A DNA stretch of 64,000 bases from Eledone cirrhosa (GCA_964016885.1 OZ024741.1:115382001-115446000); one strand, 5' to 3'. Shown: positions 1 through 14,248, counted from the first letter of the stretch. Notes: generated by a model from the sequence alone, not told the origin. Program-made: numbers and translations.

Positions 1-12
1 TTTGGTGTCGAT

Positions 13-1450
<1,438 letters not shown>

Positions 1451-2087
1451 TCTTATTTTACGTCTCTCATATTATTGTTCTGCACCCCCATGCATTGAAC
1501 CACAAAGTTACTAAGACAAAACCTATATATTTGCTGGCATAGGTAAGCATCTGTATATATATGTTAGTAAATATACTAATTCTTTATAATTATCTCCAAA
1601 TTATATTGTCGAGCCAAAATTGGCCAAAACTGCTATTGTAGTTCATAGTAACAGTCCGGCTGCTGTCTTCTTAACAAACCACTCTTTACTGATTGACATC
1701 GATGTCACGTGATTGATTCTTTTGAATTTGCCACCGACGCAGTAGGCAGTGATTTTTTCAATGGCTTGGAACTTAGTCCACGCTTTGCTTTTTTCCATCC
1801 ACTGAATTATTTTTGTATAAGTTCCCTGTGTCCACGTATTGCCTGGAAACTTAGCTGAGAATAGACTTCCCTGATGACGAAAGGCTTCTCCGTTTCAGAT
1901 ACTAATTAGTTGGAGTGAAATTTTAGTAAGTAAGTTAATTTTTATAATTTTCTTATTTTACGTCTCTCATATTATTGTTCTGCATCCCCATGCATTGAAC
2001 CACAAAGTTACTAAGACAAAACCTATATATTTACTGGCATAGGTATGCATCTGTATATATATGTTAGTAAATATACTAATTCTTTAT
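1451..2087 (+). mobile_element. Non-coding retrozyme-like unit: 500-nt period with ~137-nt terminal direct repeats and a hammerhead motif
   Basis: 1451-1588 is repeated at 1951-2087. (AT)n on both sides, HHR-like motif at 1865-1916, no ORF. Confidence 0.7.
1865..1916 (+). ncRNA. Type I hammerhead ribozyme, probably inactivated (GAAA>GATA)
   Basis: cttcc CTGATGA c-gaaagg-cttct-ccgtttc-a GAT actaattagt (palindromic stem III) T ggag. Confidence 0.55.
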
Positions 2088-2100
2088 ATATACATATATG

Positions 2101-2149
<49 letters not shown>

Positions 2150-2186
2150 GTATATGTATATATATATATGTATATATATATATGTA

Positions 2187-2241
2187 TTTTTTATTTCATT
2201 TCATGTTATCTAATTTTATTTATTTACTTACTTGACTCCAT

Positions 2242-2280
<39 letters not shown>

Positions 2281-2357
2281 TTCAAATTTAAATTTAAATT
2301 TAAATTTTAAATTTAAAATTTAAATTTTAATTTTATTTATTTATTTAATTTTTATTT

Positions 2358-2389
<32 letters not shown>

Positions 2390-3250
2390 TTACATTTAAT
2401 TACATTTAATTATACATTTAATTATATCTTATATTATATTATTTTAATTTAGTCTATGTTATTTGATTTTAGTTTACCTTATTTTATCTTATTTTACGAT
2501 TATATTATATTATGTTCTATGTATATAATTTTTAATTTAATTTTATATTATTTTATCTCATTCCTTACCCTGTATCACTATTATCTGTATATTTTATATT
2601 TTATATGTAAGTTTGTTATGTATTTCTTTGTATTTCTTTATATTTTCTTATTTATATATATTATAAGTCTGTTTTTCACCTATTTTTTACCTATTTTTTA
2701 CCTACTCTTACCTAATCCCATCTATCTTATCTACTCTTGTCTGTTCTCTTATCCATGTGTCTACTCTTGTCTGTTCTCTTATCCATGTGTATGCTTGTAT
2801 GTAACTATATGTTGACAGCACCCCGCCCAACTGTGACTGATAGCACCCCTTATTTTTCATTGCTTAGTTTATTTTATTATCTTATTCTTATTCTCATTTT
2901 TATTTTTATTTTTATTTTTATTTTTATTTTTATTTTTACTTTTATTTTTATTCTTATCTTTATTTTTACTTTTACTTCCTTAATATCCTTTATCGTCTAT
3001 TATTACCTTTCATTCTTCAATGTCTTGGATTTGTTATTGCTTGTATGGTATGTAATTAACCTTTATGCTCTGATGAGTCCCACTTATAGTGCGGATGAAA
3101 CAATGTTAGCAAGTAAAGATATGCATATGCTATAAGCGTTCTTTGTTATTTATTATATTACGGCTCTGTCCTCAGACATTGAGCTAACCTTATACTGCCT
3201 GCTGGATAAGTGGAGTGTTATACACCCCTGATCCTTTCCCTAGTATACTA
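2187..3250 (+). repeat. 5' pseudo-LTR (direct repeat) of the Naiad element
   Basis: Matches 7266-8280 except for a few substitutions and simple-repeat copy number. Confidence 0.92.
3061..3118 (+). ncRNA. Type I hammerhead ribozyme in 5' pLTR
   Basis: Stem I ctttatgct/agca..taaag, CTGATGA, stem II gtcc-cact-tat-agtg-c-ggat, GAAA-c-aat-g-T-T (GUU cleavage triplet, cut after 3107). Confidence 0.85.
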
Positions 3251-3314
3251 TACGGCTCCCACTGGTTGAGCTTAAACTTTGATATACGCGGATTTGTGTA
3301 TATTATCAGGCAGT

Positions 3315-5806
3315 ATGCTAACAAAGACATACTTACCCATTTCCTTGAAGAATATTCCCCCCCCCCCCCTAAAATCTCATATGAGAAATCATTGATAACT
3401 AGCATAAACTCATTCGTAAAACGTGTTCGTTGGCGTGCGTTCCACTTTGATAAGAAGTATGATAGCCCTGAGGAGAGGCGTAGTTTTAATAATTATGGAT
3501 TTAAGACCTATAGGAGCCCCCCGCATAATAGCCTGTTGGATAACTTCGAAAGTGAGCTATTATCCCTTGTTAGGAATATTAGATATAAAAAATCTAGATG
3601 TACCAATAAATTTCAGAGTAAACTAAGTTCAATCGTTAGGGACTTTAGGGATAATAAATCCATTCTGGTCCCCTCTGACAAAACTAAAAACTTATATAGT
3701 ATGGATTATAAAACCTATCGAGGCTTCATTTATAATGAACTACATAGGAACTACAAAAAAACAACGCAGAGTAATTTAGATAATATTAATCTGGAGGGGT
3801 ATAACATAGTGGTAAAATTAGGTCTGGATAAACACACTCAGCCTTATTACCCCAAGCAGCCTAGATTCACCCTCAAGGACCACAAGGAGGATTTTATTAG
3901 CAGACCCTCAGTTAGGCTTATCTGCCCCTCCAAGTCTGACCTGGGGATTATTAGTAAGGGAATCTTGGATAGCGTTATTCCCCTGGTTAGAGAAAAAACT
4001 TTCCTTGAGCTTTGGGGTAACACTAGTGAGGTCATTACGTGGTTCTCTACGGATTGTGGTCGTGACTCACTAAAATTCATCCAATTTGATATTGATGCTT
4101 ATTATACATCTATATCTCCTATTATCCTCAATAAGGCCCTCATCCTAGCCATGCATAGGGGGGCAATTACTAGGCCACAGATAGATATTGTTCTCGCTGC
4201 ACGTAAAACCATTATCATGTTTGAGGATAATCTATGGACGAGAAAAAACACACCTGATAATTTTGACATTACTATGGGGTCGAGTGACTCTGCTCAAGTC
4301 ACCGACTTAGTTGGGCTATACCTCCTCAATGAACTGCATAGTAACTTCCCTTTCCTTAGGGGCGGGTTGTACCGGGATGACGCCCTACTCTCCATAGATA
4401 CTAGTAAGTATAATATAGTGCGCATTAGGAAAAAGCTGCATAGCTTTTTTAAAACATTTAACCTATCCATTACTATGGATGTAAATGATAGAACTGTGAA
4501 CTTCCTAGATGTTACACTGGACTTGGATAACCATACGTACACACCGTACCATAAGCCCAATGAATTGCTGACTTACGTGAATACCAACTCCAACCACCCT
4601 AGGTCTGTCATCAGCGGTATACTGAAGGGCGTATCTAACAGAATAAGTTCACTCTCACATAGTGAGGAGGCGTTTGACTCGCAGGCTGATTACTATAACG
4701 ACGCCTTAGCTAGATCCGGCTTTAGGGACAAATTGTATTACACCCAGGGAAATAATGGTCCTAATAGTAGCTCTACCAGTGTTGTTATAACACATAATAT
4801 GTCCATTGGTAATCGAGGTGTCGCGAATGGGAGGGTTCTAAATGCCGGTGGAATGAAACAGCGGGGCACCATTAGTCTAAGTAATAACAATAGAGGTGTC
4901 GTGAACGGGAGGTTTCTAGATGCCGGTGGAATGAACCAGCAGGGCACCATTAGTCTAAGTAATAGCAATGGTAGGCCTCGCAGCTCCCCGCATAGACTAG
5001 GTGAGCATAGGAACCGTAGAAATAATAATGCTAATAATACTGATGGAAATAGAAAGAATAAAAAGAATAGAAGAAGATTGAATACATACTTCAACCCCCC
5101 TTTTAATTCTGAAGTGGCTATAAATATTCCTAGGGCCTTCTTCTCTGTGCTAGAACGGAACTTCCCTCCTGGTAATAGGTACCACTCTATCCTCAATAAG
5201 AATGTTGTTAAACTTTCGTATTCTACAACCCAAAATCTGGCCTCTCATCTGGCCATCACTAATAATAAGAAAATAAAGGAAGGCCTGGACAACCTAAGCC
5301 TAGGGGAAAACACGGTAGTGGACAGAGTGGGCAGAAACACTGGTGGTGATCATTCTGAGAATAGCATCACCAGAGGTTGTAACTGTAGAAGGGCTTCAGG
5401 CTGCCCCCTGAATGGTTTCTGCCTTTTTAGAAACATAGTTTATGCGTGTGATGTGGTAACTACGGCGTCCACTAAGACCTATATAGGATCAACCTCCACC
5501 CCCTTTAAGACCAGGTTTAACTCTCATCAATGCACTTTTAGACATAATAAACTGAGGAACTCCACCTCCTTGGCAGCGTACGTCCATAATTTAAAAAATG
5601 CACGAACACGTTACACACTTACTTGGCGGCAGGTTGCTAAATCCCATCCATATACTCCTCATAGTAGAGTATGTAACCTGTGCCTTGCCGAATCCCACTC
5701 TATTATATTTGCTAAATGCCCTCTACTAAATAGAAAGTCTGAAATTTTTTCCTCTTGCCCCCACCGAATATTAAGCTCTTTCTTCTACTTTAAACCTGTT
5801 AGCTAG
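3315..5806 (+). CDS. PLE polyprotein: reverse transcriptase + C-terminal GIY-YIG endonuclease (Naiad-type); frameshift at C13 tract 3357-3369
   Basis: Motifs KRVRWRA, SDKT, LKDHK, RLICP, QFDIDAYYTSI, FDITMGSSDSA, LYRDDAL, NFLDVTL, SNHP, FNPPF, CNC-x5-CPL-x3-C, IVY...YIGST, CNLC..E, LN-x2-SE-x4-CPH. ATG at 3315 gives MLTKTYLPISLKNIPP in a different frame from the long ORF (3215-5806). Confidence 0.92.
4811..4966 (+). repeat. In-frame 78-bp (26-aa) tandem duplication within a low-complexity insertion of the PLE ORF
   Basis: NRGVANGRVLNAGGMKQRGTISLSNN / NRGVVNGRFLDAGGMNQQGTISLSNS. Confidence 0.9.
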
Positions 5807-7063
5807 CACTTCCTTATTCCTCCAGTTGGGCTGTCTTGTGTAACTGTCTCTGACTGTGTGTAACTGTCTCCTATTGTTGGGCGTCTATGTATACGAGTCG
5901 GTGAATGTATACGTATGCCTGTGGGAGGATATTGATCTGGATATTGGGGTGTGCAGGGGAGTGTATGTTAATAAGCACCCCTGTTTGGCACATTGGATGT
6001 AACCCATCCACGCTGGCCTACCCACCATTGGTGCATTGGTGGGTCTATCCTGACGTATATCTTGTTGATCTGTACCTCTGTATGCGCATGAGTTGTGATG
6101 TAATGTATTTATGTAAAGCGTGTACTGTGATTTAGGCTGCACTAGTAGAAATTTAGCCTGTAACTGTGGACGGACCCGTGCCATCCCGCCGTAAGCAGTG
6201 GATACGTGGCGCATGTACGTGGCGCATGTACGTGTTGCCCTCATATTCTGTGGTTCAAGATCTACAGGCTGACCTCTGGGAGCTCTTGCCCGGGGTTGTA
6301 GTCTTTCTAGCACGATCGGCCTTCCATATATTGACGGTCGTTGTTATGATCCCGAAAGTAACGTTTTGGCCCCGATGGCCCTCCGTAGTTACTAACGGTC
6401 TGTGTACACTCGAATCGGTCAATGGCACGTGCGGACATGAATATCTCCGTAGGATTTCAACTTTATTTTACTACATCTCATCGTATGTATTTATTTTGAA
6501 TGTATTACCTGTGGTGGTGGGTCTGGTCTAATGTGGTATTTCGGTGTTTAATATCAGCTTTGACCCGGGTGTCCTACGCTGTGTGTGTGTGTGCGTGTGT
6601 GTCCGTGTATACATTTATATGTGTATGGGTGTAGGTGGTTGTATGTGTCTGTATATAAAAAGAGAAAATATATATATATATATATGTATGCCGTCTCTGC
6701 ATATGCATGTGGTGTGTATACGTACATATACGTGCTGAACATATTGATGTGTACATTCTCGTGATGTCCCAATGCGGTGACTTAATGGCTCTTGAAGCTA
6801 TTTTTGATATATCTTCTGTCTTTTTATATATCTTTTGTATGCGCTACAACTGTGTCTGCTTGCTTTAACCCGCCTGCACCTCGCTTGCTAATGCACGTGA
6901 ATTCTTCTACCTCCTTCGATGTACCTCTCTCTGACCATTGGACTCCTGCCCGGGTGTGAACCGGTTTGTGATTACCCCACCGCTCAACTGTGTGAATGCA
7001 CACCCATGACTTTCGAGTGAACTTTTGAGACTGCCCAACCTGGGACGCCTCCATTGCCTTGCA

Positions 7064-7216
7064 ATGGTCAAGTGATACTAGTGACTGTGACACTTAGTGC
7101 CTTCGTGGGCCCCTGATGTTTTCAAGAAATATATTTTAAAAAAATGGTCAAGTGATACACATAACTGTGACACTTAGTGCCTTCGTGGGCCCCTGATATA
7201 TTCAAGAGATATATTC
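7064..7216 (+). repeat. 80-bp tandem duplication upstream of the 3' pLTR
   Basis: atggtcaagtgatac...actgtgacacttagtgccttcgtgggcccctgat occurs twice with an 80-bp period. Confidence 0.9.
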
Positions 7217-7265
7217 TAACAAAATATATATCTTATCTCAACTTACTTTATTTCATTTTATTTTA

Positions 7266-7404
7266 TTTTATTTCATTTCATGTTATCTAATTTTATTTAT
7301 TTACTTACTTGACTCCATTTATTTATTTATTTATTCAAATTTAAATTTTAATTTTAAATTTAAAATTTAAATTTAAATTTTATTTATTTATTTAATTTTT
7401 ATTT

Positions 7405-7436
<32 letters not shown>

Positions 7437-8280
7437 TTACATTTAATTACATTTAATTATACATTTAATTATATCTTATATTATATTATTTTAATTTAGT
7501 CTATGTTATTTGATTTTAGTTTACCTTATTTTATCTTATTTTACGATTATATTATATTATGTTCTATGTATATAATTTTTAATTTTAATTTTATATTATT
7601 TTATCTCATTCCTTACCCTGTATCACTATTATCTGTATATTTTATATTTTATATGTAAGTTTGTTATGTAGTCCTTTGTATTTCTTTATATTTTCTTATT
7701 TATATATATTATAAGTCTGTTTTTCACCTATTTTTTACCTATTTTTTACCTACTCTTACCTAATCCCATCTATCTTATCTACTCTTGTCTGTTCTCTTAT
7801 CCATGTGTCTACTTTTGTCTGTTCTCTTATCCATGTGTATGCTTGTATGTAACTATATGTTGACAGCACCCCGCCCAACTGTGACTGATAGCACCCCTTA
7901 TTTTTCATTGCTTAGTTTATTTTATTATCTTATTCTTATTCTCATTTTTATTTTTATTTTTATTTTTACTTTTATTTTTATTCTTATCTTTATTTTTACT
8001 TTTACTTCCTTAATATCCTTTATCGTCTATTATTACCTTTCATTCTTCAATGTCTTGGATTTGTTATTGCTTGTATGGTATGTAATTAACCTTTATGCTC
8101 TGATGAGTCCCACTTATAGTGCGGATGAAACAATGTTAGCAAGTAAAGATATGCATATGCTATAAGCGTTCTTTGTTATTTATTATATTACGGCTCTGTC
8201 CTCAGACATTGAGCTAACCTTATACTGCCTGCTGTATAAGTGGAGTGTTATACACCCCTGATCCTTTCACTAGTATACTA
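7266..8280 (+). repeat. 3' pseudo-LTR of the Naiad element
   Basis: Direct repeat of 2187-3250. Ends ctagtatacta, then (TA)n. Confidence 0.92.
8091..8148 (+). ncRNA. Type I hammerhead ribozyme in 3' pLTR
   Basis: Identical to 3061-3118. Confidence 0.85.
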
Positions 8281-8290
8281 TATATATATG

Positions 8291-8321
<31 letters not shown>

Positions 8322-8411
8322 GTATATATATATATATATGTATATATATGTATATATATATGTATGTAGATATATATACATATATATCTATATATATATC
8401 TCTATATATAT

Positions 8412-9068
8412 AGATAGCAAAGAATCATCTGTACTCTACCAACATGCAAAAATAGAACATAAGGGTAAATTAGAGAACATAGAAATAAAAATAGAATCTA
8501 CACACAGAAAAGACGCAATGTTTAGACATATCACAGAGGCAATAAACATAAAAGAATTACAACCAAAATTAAATAGAAAACATGAGTTGAACAGCAACAT
8601 CACAACTTACAATTAAGGACAAAATGAAAACACACACGCACATAGAACAAACAACCAACCAGTAACATGTAAATAACAAATACATAAACGAATATAAACA
8701 CACACAGACACCCGGATGTGGCGCATGCGCAAACGGAGCACACAACACACACACAGAAACAAGATGGCGTTGGACAGAAGAAAGGAGAGGCACAAAAACA
8801 AAGGAAAGAATCCCCAGTCACTGAAGAGGTCACATAATGTGTGACAAAACAACTTTGACAATATATAAACAACTATCTGGTTGTGGAACCAACCAACCAA
8901 CCGGAAATTTATAAATTCCTAAATTTATAAATTTATTATAATAAATTGAAATGAAAGTAACTGGTGCGTGTGTTTCTTATTGGCAACATGACCCTCACAA
9001 AGTATAACAATATCGGTTTCAACACACGTTTTCAGATAAAGAATCTTGCTAAACAAATTCAGAAACGA
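8412..9068 (+). mobile_element. 5'-truncated PLE family B copy (end of GIY-YIG + pLTR with decayed HHR at 8816-8859)
   Basis: [11 protein letters not shown]...RHITEAINI...LNRKHE. Homologous to 26290-26890 and 42114-42830. HHR agtca CTGAAGA ggtcaca..tgtgac AAAA. Confidence 0.85.
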
Positions 9069-9641
9069 AATATATATATATGCATATATATATACATGTA
9101 TATATATATATATGTAAATATATATATGTAGATATATATACATATATATGTATATATATGTAAATATATATATGTAGATATATATACATATATATGTATA
9201 TATATATGTATATATATATGCATATATATATATATATGCATATATATATATATGCATATATATATACATATATATATATACATATACATATATACATATA
9301 CATATATACATATACATATACATATATATACATATACATATATATATATATACATATATACATATATACATATATACATATATATATATACATATATATA
9401 CATATATATACATATATATACATATATATACATATATACATATATATACATATACATATATATATACATATATATACATATACATATATATATATACATA
9501 TATATACATATACATATATATATACGTATACATATACATACATATACATACATACATATATATACATACATATATACATACATATATATATATATATATA
9601 TACACATATATATATATACACATATATATATACATACATAC

Positions 9642-9672
<31 letters not shown>

Positions 9673-9679
9673 CACATAT

Positions 9680-9718
<39 letters not shown>

Positions 9719-9759
9719 TATATATACACACATATATATATATACACATATATATATAT

Positions 9760-9826
<67 letters not shown>

Positions 9827-10151
9827 TAGATAGATAAATCTACCAAAATACACGGTAGTGTCCATTCCGTATGAAGAATTCAATGTAATCCAAATATCAT
9901 GAAAAGAAAAGATCTATTCAAAAAGTTTTTCGATCAAAATCACAGGAAAACAGAGTCAAGATAAATTAATAAAAACAATGAATAAAAACAAAGAAACAGT
10001 TCCTTATATTAAAAAAATATCATTTTCGATCGTTTCTAGGATATATATGTGTGTGTTGGTATGTATATCATAGATTTATGTAAAAATTTTACAAACTATC
10101 AGAGGGAATATACATACTTACACATATATATGCTGTCTTAAATAATTGTCA

Positions 10152-10261
10152 GAAATAATTGTTTCTACGTTTGGCACATGGCCAGCAATTACTCAGTGCA
10201 TTACTGGTACTTTATTTTATCGACCCCGTAAGGATGAAAGGCAAAGTTAACCTCGGCGAAA
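10152..10261 (-). mobile_element. Truncated Nin-domain tRNA-SINE
   Basis: Reverse complement of ccgaggttaactttgcctttcatccttacggggtcgataaaataaagtaccagt...gtagaaacaattat. Confidence 0.85.
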
Positions 10262-11019
10262 TAATGATATTTGTTTATTGAAAAACACCAACAAAGATTT
10301 AATATAATAAGTCTGTTTGGAAATAGGTTTTGAATTGACCAATAGAAGAGTAGTAAGTGGTCAGGTTGATGGAATAGTAGTAGTAGAAATTTAATTTAGG
10401 GGTAGAGGAATGCAGACTTCACTTTTGAATGGAAAGAATACTTTGAATGAAAAGATTACTTTGGGGATGACAAGAGGTCAAGCCGGTGAAAGGTACACGA
10501 AAATTTGATGTTATTAAAGAATAATGCTCATGTTAAAATCGAAGTAGAATAAAATGTTAGGATAAATGTTTTAGTGAGAAATACCAATCTTATTAAAAAC
10601 ATAAGGAATTTAGATCTATAAAAAGAAATTTAATTAATTTAATTGATAGGTATACTTATAGGGATAAATCTATATTAATTCATATAGATGTGATAAATTA
10701 TAGTTAGATGTTATTAAAGAATGTTGTTAAAAACGAAGAAAAAAAATGGGGGGGGGGGAATAAATGTATTAGTGAGAAATAACAAACTTATATAGACTAC
10801 AAGGAATTTAGATTCATAACAGGAAATTAAAATAGTTTATATATATACTTATAGGTATTAATTTTAGGAAAAGATAGTTGTAAAAGGGAAATAAAATTAT
10901 GAAGTTCTCAGTAAAAAATACTAATTATAGGTTAACTAAATAAAAAAAAAACTAATTATAATAATTTTTAAAATAAAAGTGTATATTAATTAGGTTTATA
11001 ATATTTGAAAGTTCTTCTA

Positions 11020-12050
11020 ATTCTATAATTGCACGATATAATTAATTCTTGTCGCTTATTTAATAGGATATCCTTAGATTTCATTATTTCAAAAAGTTCC
11101 TGGGAACATAATCTACACTCATATCTGTTATTTTAATAAGGGATGGCGCTTTTGAGCACACTCCAGGTCAAGTTATAATCGATATTCTTTTTTCTATAAT
11201 TATTAATTATTTCAGCCAAGGATGTATTAGCTAATGCGGCATTTTAAAAACTGTGTTTGTGGGTATTAAATCTTACTTTAAATTGGTTAGAAGTAGCTCC
11301 TATATATGAATAATTTGAGTCTTTAGTGCTAATTTTACATTTATATACTATGTTATTAATAAGGCAATTTCCTTTTAATGGGCAATTTGCTTTGTTTCTA
11401 CAGTTACAACCATTCGTGAATATTATATCAGGGGAGTTAGTCAAATTAGGTGTGGAATTTACTCGACTTGTTGTATGTGAAGGAGATGGTTTGCTGCGGT
11501 TTATTTTAGTATTATGGTAAGTTTGATGTGTTGGTGGTATATTCCTGTTTTCTTTTACATTTATATGCATTGTAGGCACTTATATTTTGTTGTATATTTT
11601 TGGTAGTGGAGTAGGAAAATTTGACCGTTGATCTATTTAAAATTTGATGGTATTTATGGTTTGGCGGAAAGTTTTTCTCTAGGATAGTAAAAACATTTTA
11701 GGGATATTATCTTTAATTTGTAGATTAAATGGAGCATTATACCAAGTAACTCGTCTATTACGGTTTCGATGCTGATTTTTATTTTTATACGATGTATCCT
11801 GATGTTTACTAAGAGAGTTAGTATTAGTGAATTTATTATACATATGTTTAATTAGATTCACTGATTTAGGTCTTTTAGTCTGATTATTAGGAATTTTGTT
11901 AGTAATGTTATTAACATATATTGGAGTATTAGGATGAATGGTTTTTTGAAAGTTATTATATTGTATGTGAGAAGAGGTAGAGAAATTAAGTTTTAAGTTG
12001 GAATTTTTGGGTATAGTGTGAATGGCATTTACCTGTGTATTTTTCATTTG
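11020..12050 (-). pseudogene. 5'-truncated, disrupted Naiad-type PLE (linker + GIY-YIG)
   Basis: RRVTWYNAPFNLQIKDNIPKMF, GCNCRNKANCPLKGNCLINNIVYKC..YIGATSNQFKVRFNTHKHSF, CRLCSQE..LLNKRQELI. Contains stops and frameshifts. Confidence 0.88.
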
Positions 12051-12051
12051 G

Positions 12052-12179
12052 TGTTGAACAAACGAGCAACGATGGTTGCTGGACACTACGGCTTAATACG
12101 GGATGTTTGTTTACAAACACACCGAGCATTATAATAAATGTTTGGTGAATCCATACGTACATATATATATGTGTGCATG

Positions 12180-12219
<40 letters not shown>

Positions 12220-12753
12220 CTACTGTACGTCTGTATCCATATATGTATGTACGTGTACATACTTATATTTAAGTAACAGCCGTACTAAGAGTGGGAATTG
12301 AAATTTCATTTCAATTTTTCCGTTTATCGCTTTCGGTGCACCCGGCCGATTAATCCACTCGATATGCAAATTGGGCTTCTCACCTGTTAATATGCATAAG
12401 GTAAGTATATACGTTCAACAAACTGGCAGGAAGGTATACGTTGCTGACGATAGCTAATAAGCTTGCAACTACTACAGCGTTCCTTTGTCAGTGCTGAACA
12501 AACGAGCAACGATGGTTGCTGGACACTACGGCTTAATACGGGATGTTTGTTTACAAACACACCGAGCATTATAATAAATGTTCGATGAATCCATACGTAC
12601 ATATATATATGTGTGCATGTATGTATATATATATATATATATATATACATACTACTGTACGTCTGTATACATATATGTATGTACGTGTACATACTTATAT
12701 TTAAGTAACAGCCGTACTAAGAGTGGGAATTGAAATGAAATTTCAATTTTTCC

Positions 12754-12757
<4 letters not shown>
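12052..12757 (+). mobile_element. Retrozyme-like family R1, ~1.6 tandem units of ~440 nt (HHR at 12438-12480, GAAA>GCAA)
   Basis: gaacaaacgagcaacgatggttgctggacac... recurs after ~440 nt. cgttg CTGACGA tagct-aata-agctt GCAA ctacTA cagcg. Confidence 0.8.
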
Positions 12758-12796
<39 letters not shown>

Positions 12797-12799
<3 letters not shown>

Positions 12800-13174
12800 G
12801 TAAACGGAATAGAAAATGCTGACAAATTGTTCACAGTTGAAAAATGGTTTAATTAGGAATAAAAGAGTATTAGTGATTGTATGGGTTAGTATTCAGTTGT
12901 GGTTTTAAGTTTTTAAGTTTTTACCGGTTGCGCATTTCTAAATGCTTTTCAAAAATAATTTTGAGATAGAGTGTCCGTGCTGTTTGCTCTGATCTGATTA
13001 GTTTTGGGAATTCTACCTGTTTTTATGTTAAAAAAATGGCTCCAGCGTTATTTTTGTGTTGTAAAAATGCTTGTGGTCAAAACAATTTTGATTGGTCGGT
13101 AGAGGTCATGTGAATGTAAAAAGTTGATTTTGCGCCAAGACTGTTTTTATGTTAAAATGTTAGAAAAGTGGCTC

Positions 13175-13177
<3 letters not shown>
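12797..13177 (-). mobile_element. Solo pLTR-like fragment related to the Neptune-like element at 29.6-32.8 kb, with decayed minimal HHR (12918-12956)
   Basis: Minus strand reads ggcgcaaaa..ttcacatgac..ccaatcaaaatt, then tttt TTGAAAA gcatt-taga-aatgc GCAA ccgg TA aaaa. Same layout as 32227-32662. Confidence 0.6.
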
Positions 13178-13205
<28 letters not shown>

Positions 13206-13206
13206 T

Positions 13207-13239
<33 letters not shown>

Positions 13240-13242
13240 GTT

Positions 13243-13313
<71 letters not shown>

Positions 13314-13314
13314 G

Positions 13315-13453
<139 letters not shown>

Positions 13454-13489
13454 TTATATATATATGTATATATATATATATATATATAT

Positions 13490-13553
13490 AAGTATGTATG
13501 TATACGTACATACATATATGTATACAGACGTACAGTAGCATGCATATATTTAT

Positions 13554-13586
<33 letters not shown>

Positions 13587-14112
13587 CATACAAGTACACA
13601 TACATATAAGTACGCATCAGTTTAGCGGACGCTTATTATAGCGCCCGCTTTGTTCGTTTGTAAATATATATACATATGCATGCTACTGTACGTCTGTATA
13701 CATATATGTATGTACGTATACATACATACTTACATTTAAGTAAGTGCCGTACTAAGAGTGAGAAATGAAATTTCGTTTTCATTTTTTTTACAACTCGTTT
13801 TCGGTGCGCATGACCGATTTAACTCATTCGATATGCAAATTAGGCTGCTCAGCCGTCAATTTTCATAAGGAAAGTATATACTTTCGAACGTTCAACGATC
13901 TGGCAGATGGGTATACGGTGCTGATGATAGCTAACAAGCTTGAAACTAGTACATCGTTCCTGTGCCAGTGTTGAACAAAAAGGTGACGTGGTTGCCTTAA
14001 CACCGTGCGGCATAAATTCAGGCTGTTTAGTTTATTTACAAACGAACAAAGCGGGCGCTATAATAAGCGTCCGCTAAACTGATGCGTACATATATGTATG
14101 TGTACCTGTATG

Positions 14113-14198
<86 letters not shown>

Positions 14199-14248
14199 TG
14201 CTACTGTACGTCTGTATACATATATGTATGTACGTATACATACATACT

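Larger units (their letters stand above)
2187..8280 (+). mobile_element. Near full-length Penelope-like retroelement, Naiad-type, inserted in (AT)n
   Basis: Single RT+GIY-YIG ORF, ~1-kb direct pseudo-LTRs with hammerheads, TA microsatellite at both ends. Confidence 0.93.

Noticed and set aside
5885-6531. Short ORFs in the Naiad 3' region as an accessory gene
   Set aside because: No recognisable motifs, overlapping frames on both strands, and some rely on non-ATG starts.
7064-7216. Box C/D snoRNA or HDV-like ribozyme in the 80-bp repeat
   Set aside because: Box C is imperfect (GTGATAC) with no terminal stem. P1/P2 and the catalytic J4/2 strand of an HDV fold could not be assigned.
3215-7260. 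Selenoprotein-type Naiad (in-frame UGA + SECIS)
   Set aside because: The ORF has no in-frame UGA and its Cys motifs use normal codons. I saw no convincing SECIS in the 3' region.
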